From assembly GCA_951406725.2 (NCBI GenBank), contig OX597818.1, positions 81,778,001 through 81,842,000 of the forward strand: 64,000 nt of DNA, written 5' to 3'. The number at the start of each line of letters is the position of its first letter. The stretch's first letter is position 1. Position numbers and translations under genes: made by a program. This document shows positions 58,520-64,000 of this stretch, one piece after another. The DNA is from Octopus vulgaris (lineage: Eukaryota). The notes under the pieces are model-generated. The model did not search any database and was not told where the DNA came from. It saw nothing but the letters and a program-made list of their open reading frames with translations.

Positions 58520-59100
58520 GCAGAAATTCCATAGTGTACATCCGGGAGTGTTGAGAATGAAAGCCTTAAGGAGGAGCTATGTATATTGGCCGACAACGAA
58601 CCGGGACATTGAAAATTGAGTAAAATAATCTAAAGGTTGTGCGCTAGCGGCCAAAGCACCAACGGTAATACACCAATCGTGGACTGAGACGGATGGTTCG
58701 TTGTCCAGGGTACATATTGACCACGTTGGACTGGTGAACGGCACATACAACCTAATCCTTGCTGATAGCGGTACAAAGTAGCCAGAAGAATGTAGGTACA
58801 ATGAACCAACCTCAAAGACAACAATAAAGTTCCTGTAAGAATTATTTGTCCGATACGGTGCTCCAAACGCGTTGGTATCAGAAAATGGAGCACAATTTAC
58901 GGGTAGGGAATTCAAAATTACTGCAAATTACATCCGACAAAGCATAACTTTACCCCGTCCTACAACCCTAGGTGAAACGGACCGGTAGAAAGGTCTGTCG
59001 ATACTTTCAAACTAGAGTTTAAAAACGCAAGGAATGACGTAGGTAATGACGAAGCCCTAACACAATTCTTGTGAGTACATATAGTAACGCCCAATCGAAA
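58520..59100 (+). pseudogene. Gypsy-type (Mag-like) LTR retrotransposon integrase relic
   Basis: FHSVHPGVLRMKALRRSYVYWP, SRVHID, ELFVRYGAPNALVSENGAQFT and P.YNP.NG.VER.V.TFK, with stops and frameshifts. Confidence 0.85.
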
Positions 59101-59379
59101 TACTAGATCAGAAATGTCTCTGGCATATGAGTGTGTGTGTACTGAATATTTACATATATATATACACACACACATATATATATACATATACATTCATATA
59201 TATACACACATATATATATATATACATACATATATATATATATATATATAAGCATACATATATTCATACATACATAGATACATACATAAATACATACATA
59301 CATACATACATACATACATACATACATACATACATACATACATACATACATACAAACTTATATGTATATATCTAAATGT

Positions 59380-60110
59380 CGAACCATGAAAATAAATACT
59401 GAACACAGAATTGGTGGATATAACTTTTTATTTGTGAGTTAAGGCTACCATTAGTTTCATGTTAAGAAATGCAGGAAAATTTTCGACTGTCATTACTATT
59501 TTCAAGCCAATTATATGGAGAGAGTTATTCGCCTCCATATTGGAAAACACAGCCTCGTTTGGTCTGTGGAGATTCCCGTGATTTCACGTGAATAAAACAA
59601 TGAATCAATGAATTAATGGACGTTACTCTTCGGTGGCGTCTTTTGGACGTTTATCTCCCTTGCATTTCCTTTTGGGAGAATTGTATGGTCAATTTGCTTC
59701 CATTATTTTGCTTTTGTTCTGGGCATTGTGTTCTTATTCTTGTGTGCTGAGGTAGTTTGTCATTAGGGCCTATTTCTTCCGTTAGTGAAGTTTGTGTGCT
59801 ATGCCTGTTTAGAGGGGTTACCGTTGGGTACAGTGGTTCTTCTTTGAAATATTTGGGCGTAAAATATTGACTGTGTATGCAGTGAGAGAATGTCTCATTC
59901 CTAATGTTTAAGATGGCATTTATTGCTTGCATAAGGTTTAATTTTTCAGTAATACAGAGTTCGAAAGAGGTACCCCATCCCCTATTTTTTAGTTATAGAA
60001 ATAATTTTCCATTCTATCTGCGGGTTGTTTACTTCACATTCTTTCAATGTCTATGATATTTGACACACATGCTGCATTTTTATATTTTAATCTCTGAATG
60101 ACCCCTGATG
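59380..60110 (-). mobile_element. Naiad-like PLE 3' fragment (EN C-terminus plus degenerate pLTR)
   Basis: H.GSF...TLKECEVNNPQIEWKII...ELCITEKLNLMQAINAILNIRNETFSHCIH; degenerate HHR-like GGC-TTGAAAA...GAAA-CTAATGG-TA-GCC near 59443-59508. Confidence 0.6.
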
Positions 60111-60609
60111 TGCACACCTTTTCTTAAATGAGTTGCCCGTCATTCTGATATGCGTTTATCCCAACGAATTGTTTACTCTTTCCGAAGGTTATTCTCTCAA
60201 ACTTTTCTATAGAAGAACGTTAAAGTATTATATCTGCTTGTTGTTCCTTCACCTGCCTCCGTTGCAATATTCCTGATGTGAAATCGTATGTTGAAACATA
60301 TATTGTTATATTTCGAGATGGTCATTTCTTTATTGCAAAATCAACACACGCACTATATACACCTTTTCACTTCAGAAATATTATTGTTCTTATTTTATGT
60401 TCTTTGTATGAAATTCTACGTCACATATCTATATATATCTATCCATCTATCCATCTACCTACCTGCCAACCGTCCTACCTACCTACCTACCTACCTACCT
60501 GCCTACCTAAGTATCTGTTTATCTGTCTATCTTTCTGAATATATATGCATATATATATGTATACATTTATATATTGAACTTATATACTTAAATATGTATA
60601 TGCATATGT

Positions 60610-60674
<65 letters not shown>

Positions 60675-61460
60675 CATACATATATACATACATATGTACG
60701 TGCATATAAATATATACACATACACACACATTTGCAAACATATGCATGTTTCTCCATATATACCTGCATTATAGCGTAACCATATACACAGTACACAACT
60801 TCTCTCTCTGTCTCTTTCTCCCTCTCCGCTTCTCTCTCTATCTCTCTCTCTCTTTCTCTCTCTATTTCGCCCACTCATACACGCATACGTTTACATGTGG
60901 GTGGACACGCTTGTTTCTGAATCTGAGCGTGGTAGATATATATACAACACTCTACAACCGATTCTTTCATACTTTCATCTCTATAACATTCAATACTGTC
61001 ATTTACCTATTTTCGTTTTTATTACTGATACAAAACTTATTGATTCCTTAGCTGTTTTCCTGTGGCACATTCTTGTTAAAGCTGCTGCTGTTGTTGTTGT
61101 TGTTGTTGCTGTTATAACTGCTGCTGCTGCTGCTGCTGTTTTTGTTGATGTTGTTGCAGCTGTTATACATAGTAGCAAGGGGGATGTGTTTATAATGATT
61201 TCAGTGTTACTGTTGCCTATTAAATTTCAGTAGTTATGCATCACTGAACACGCTGTTCAATAGCCAGATTCGATCTCCCTCCAAGGAATAGGCGGATAGT
61301 AAGTATTATTGCCGGTCTACATTTGTTCTAAAGAAGAAATCGATAGATGACTATATGGATATATTTGTTGGAGATATATGTATGTATATATATAAACATA
61401 TACTTTTATATCTGTATATACACATATATAAATACATATGCATATAGATGTGTATATCTA

Positions 61461-61501
<41 letters not shown>

Positions 61502-61608
61502 GTGTTTGTATATAAACAGCATGAATATCTGTAGAGACATGTTAGTCATTTATTTAATAAACGCTCAATTGGTTTAACTCTTTATTCTCTGTTATGCGCT
61601 TCCGTGCT

Positions 61609-61723
<115 letters not shown>

Positions 61724-61798
61724 GTATATATATATGCATATATATGTATATATATGTATATATGTATGTATATATATATATGTATATATATGTATATA

Positions 61799-61851
<53 letters not shown>

Positions 61852-61901
61852 CTATCTATCTATATATAAACATATATATATATATATGTATATATATATT
61901 G

Positions 61902-61977
<76 letters not shown>

Positions 61978-62279
61978 CATATATAATATTATATTATACA
62001 TATATATATATCCATGTATGTATATATATATATATTTATGTATGTATCTGCGTGTATATGTGAATGTACATGTATATATTCATATGCACACACATATCCG
62101 TATACTCATATATATGAATATACGTATGCATGTGCATGTGTGTATGTATAATTCTGTGCCTGTACATTGCGATTGTATATGATAAACGTGCAGGTACATG
62201 CATTTTGTAACGCTGTACTTTCAAACATTGTTTTCTACTGGCCATGAGTATTAGTTTCCACCCACTCAGTCATATACCA

Positions 62280-62429
<150 letters not shown>

Positions 62430-63544
62430 TATGTTTGTATATATATATTTATTCATATGTATTTGTATATAGGTATATAAATATGTATGTATATATATAT
62501 ATATATATATACATATATATGTCATTTGCTTGTATATATATATGTATATATATATATATATGAATGTTTGATGTGTATATATGGGCCTCTGTATGTATAC
62601 AGAGCATACGAGCACAGACATATACCTACGCGCGCGCACACATACATACACATACACACAGGCATTCACACATATATATTCATTCATTTATTATATTCAT
62701 ATGTATTGATCAGTTATAATGCTGAAATGAAGTATTGCAGCTGATGACCTGATGTTTAGGGCCATTACCGTTTTGGTCACAGAAGTTTCTTATTCAAAAG
62801 CCTGGCAGGAATATATCTGAATTTCAACCTTGAGTGAGAGAGCCAAAAGATCAGGATGAAGTGAGCGAGAGAAAAGAAAGTCAGTAAGACTGAGGAATAG
62901 TCTGCGCAAGAAAGACAGAGGGAGAGAACGAAAGAAAAAAATATATATAGAGAGAGATGTAAAAGAGAGGGGAAGGGAACGAGAGAGAGAGAGTGTGTGT
63001 TTGTATGTGTGCGTATGAGTATGCATGTGCAAAAGTTTGTGATTCTCAAGTTTTTCTACGCATTCGCTTGTTTTATCATATTCCTTTATTATTTTCTTAT
63101 TTTGCTCGAAAAATTTTTTGTCCAATTTCTGCGATATTTTGCCTGCGAAAACTTTTATTTGTTCTCTAGTGCATGACTATTCTTTAATTGACGGAAGAGA
63201 CAGTCTTTTCAGCTCTATGCCTTTCTGGTTTAGTCAATTAAACCTGCTTTTTCGCGTGGTGTATTTACTTACGAAGGAAGGATTCATGACCTGCATATAA
63301 TCGGGCGGGATCGAGCGTATGAATTGTGCTGATCTTAATCTTTCGAAACCACAACAGCAGGAGACTAATTTTAGATAAAATCGAATATGGGTGCGGTCAT
63401 GGCTACGTGGTTAAGAAACTCGCTTTGTAACCGCTTCGTTTCGTGTTCAATCCCAGATCGCGGCATTTTTTGCTGTCCTCAACTAAAGCCCCGGCAGACT
63501 AATACGTTTTAAGTGAATTTGGTTGACGGAAACCATGTTGACAG

Positions 63545-63596
<52 letters not shown>

Positions 63597-63759
63597 ATAC
63601 GTATGTATATATATATATATATATATATATAGATAAGAAAGTTTGTTTCGTAAAGCACGTGGGTGAATATATAAGAAAATAGTAAAGTGTGAAAAAACGA
63701 CAGAAGGCTTAAATGTTAAAGAAGGCAAAATTGTCTTCTAAAATTACGGATGCAAAAGT

Positions 63760-64000
63760 AAAAAAAATGTGGTAGATCGAACTGTGCAACATGTCCTAAC
63801 CTATTGGAAGGATCAGAATTCTTCTTTAAAGAGGGACAGAAATTTAAGATCAAATCTAACTTTACTTGTGCCTCTGAAAACATAATTTATGTTATTAAAT
63901 GCTCGGGCTGCCACCAAGACTACGTGGGTTCCACGGGACTTTCACTCAGGCGCAGATGCACACTGCATCGACAACAGATTGCATTCCCAGAATATAGAAT
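63760..64000 (+). pseudogene. Neptune-like PLE linker and GIY-YIG, running off the window
   Basis: KKCGRSNCATCPNLLEGSEFFFKEGQKFKIKSNFTCASENIIYVIKCSGCHQDYVGST; homologous to 30555-30800. Confidence 0.85.

Noticed and set aside
62720-62770. CTGATGA as a possible HHR core (also about 5574, 15551 and 51124)
   Set aside because: No properly placed stem II, GAAA, stem III and stem I pairing; the 51124 hit lies within mariner coding sequence.

Overview
AT-rich, microsatellite-saturated animal DNA with no recognisable host exon. The SINE repertoire and the (TA)n/(ATCT)n/(TAA)n density suggest an octopus-like cephalopod (inference). Most listed ORFs are microsatellite translation noise. Real coding remnants are all transposon-derived: an R4/Dong-type LINE, a young Tx1-type LINE inserted in (ATCT)n, CR1-like LINE pieces, several mariners (one near-complete), a Gypsy integrase relic and many Penelope-like element (PLE) pieces of Neptune-like and Naiad-like types. 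The most striking signal is non-coding. Within a run of (TA)n tracts (44.8-50.6 kb) lie five different type I hammerhead ribozyme (HHR)-bearing units. Two are ORF-less, near-perfect tandem multimers (505/531-bp and 535-bp units) folded into giant head-to-head palindromes. These two share a 3' terminal motif, a covarying stem and an E2F-like site about 110 nt upstream of the ribozyme. Smaller fold-back HHR insertions in TA tracts occur at 11.0, 17.0 and 31.3-33.3 kb, and a matching terminal hairpin without an HHR lies at 31.1 kb. Together these point to a TA-targeting, retrozyme-like or non-autonomous PLE system that integrates by multimeric reverse transcription followed by cDNA fold-back. All motifs were read by eye; no folding or database searches were run.
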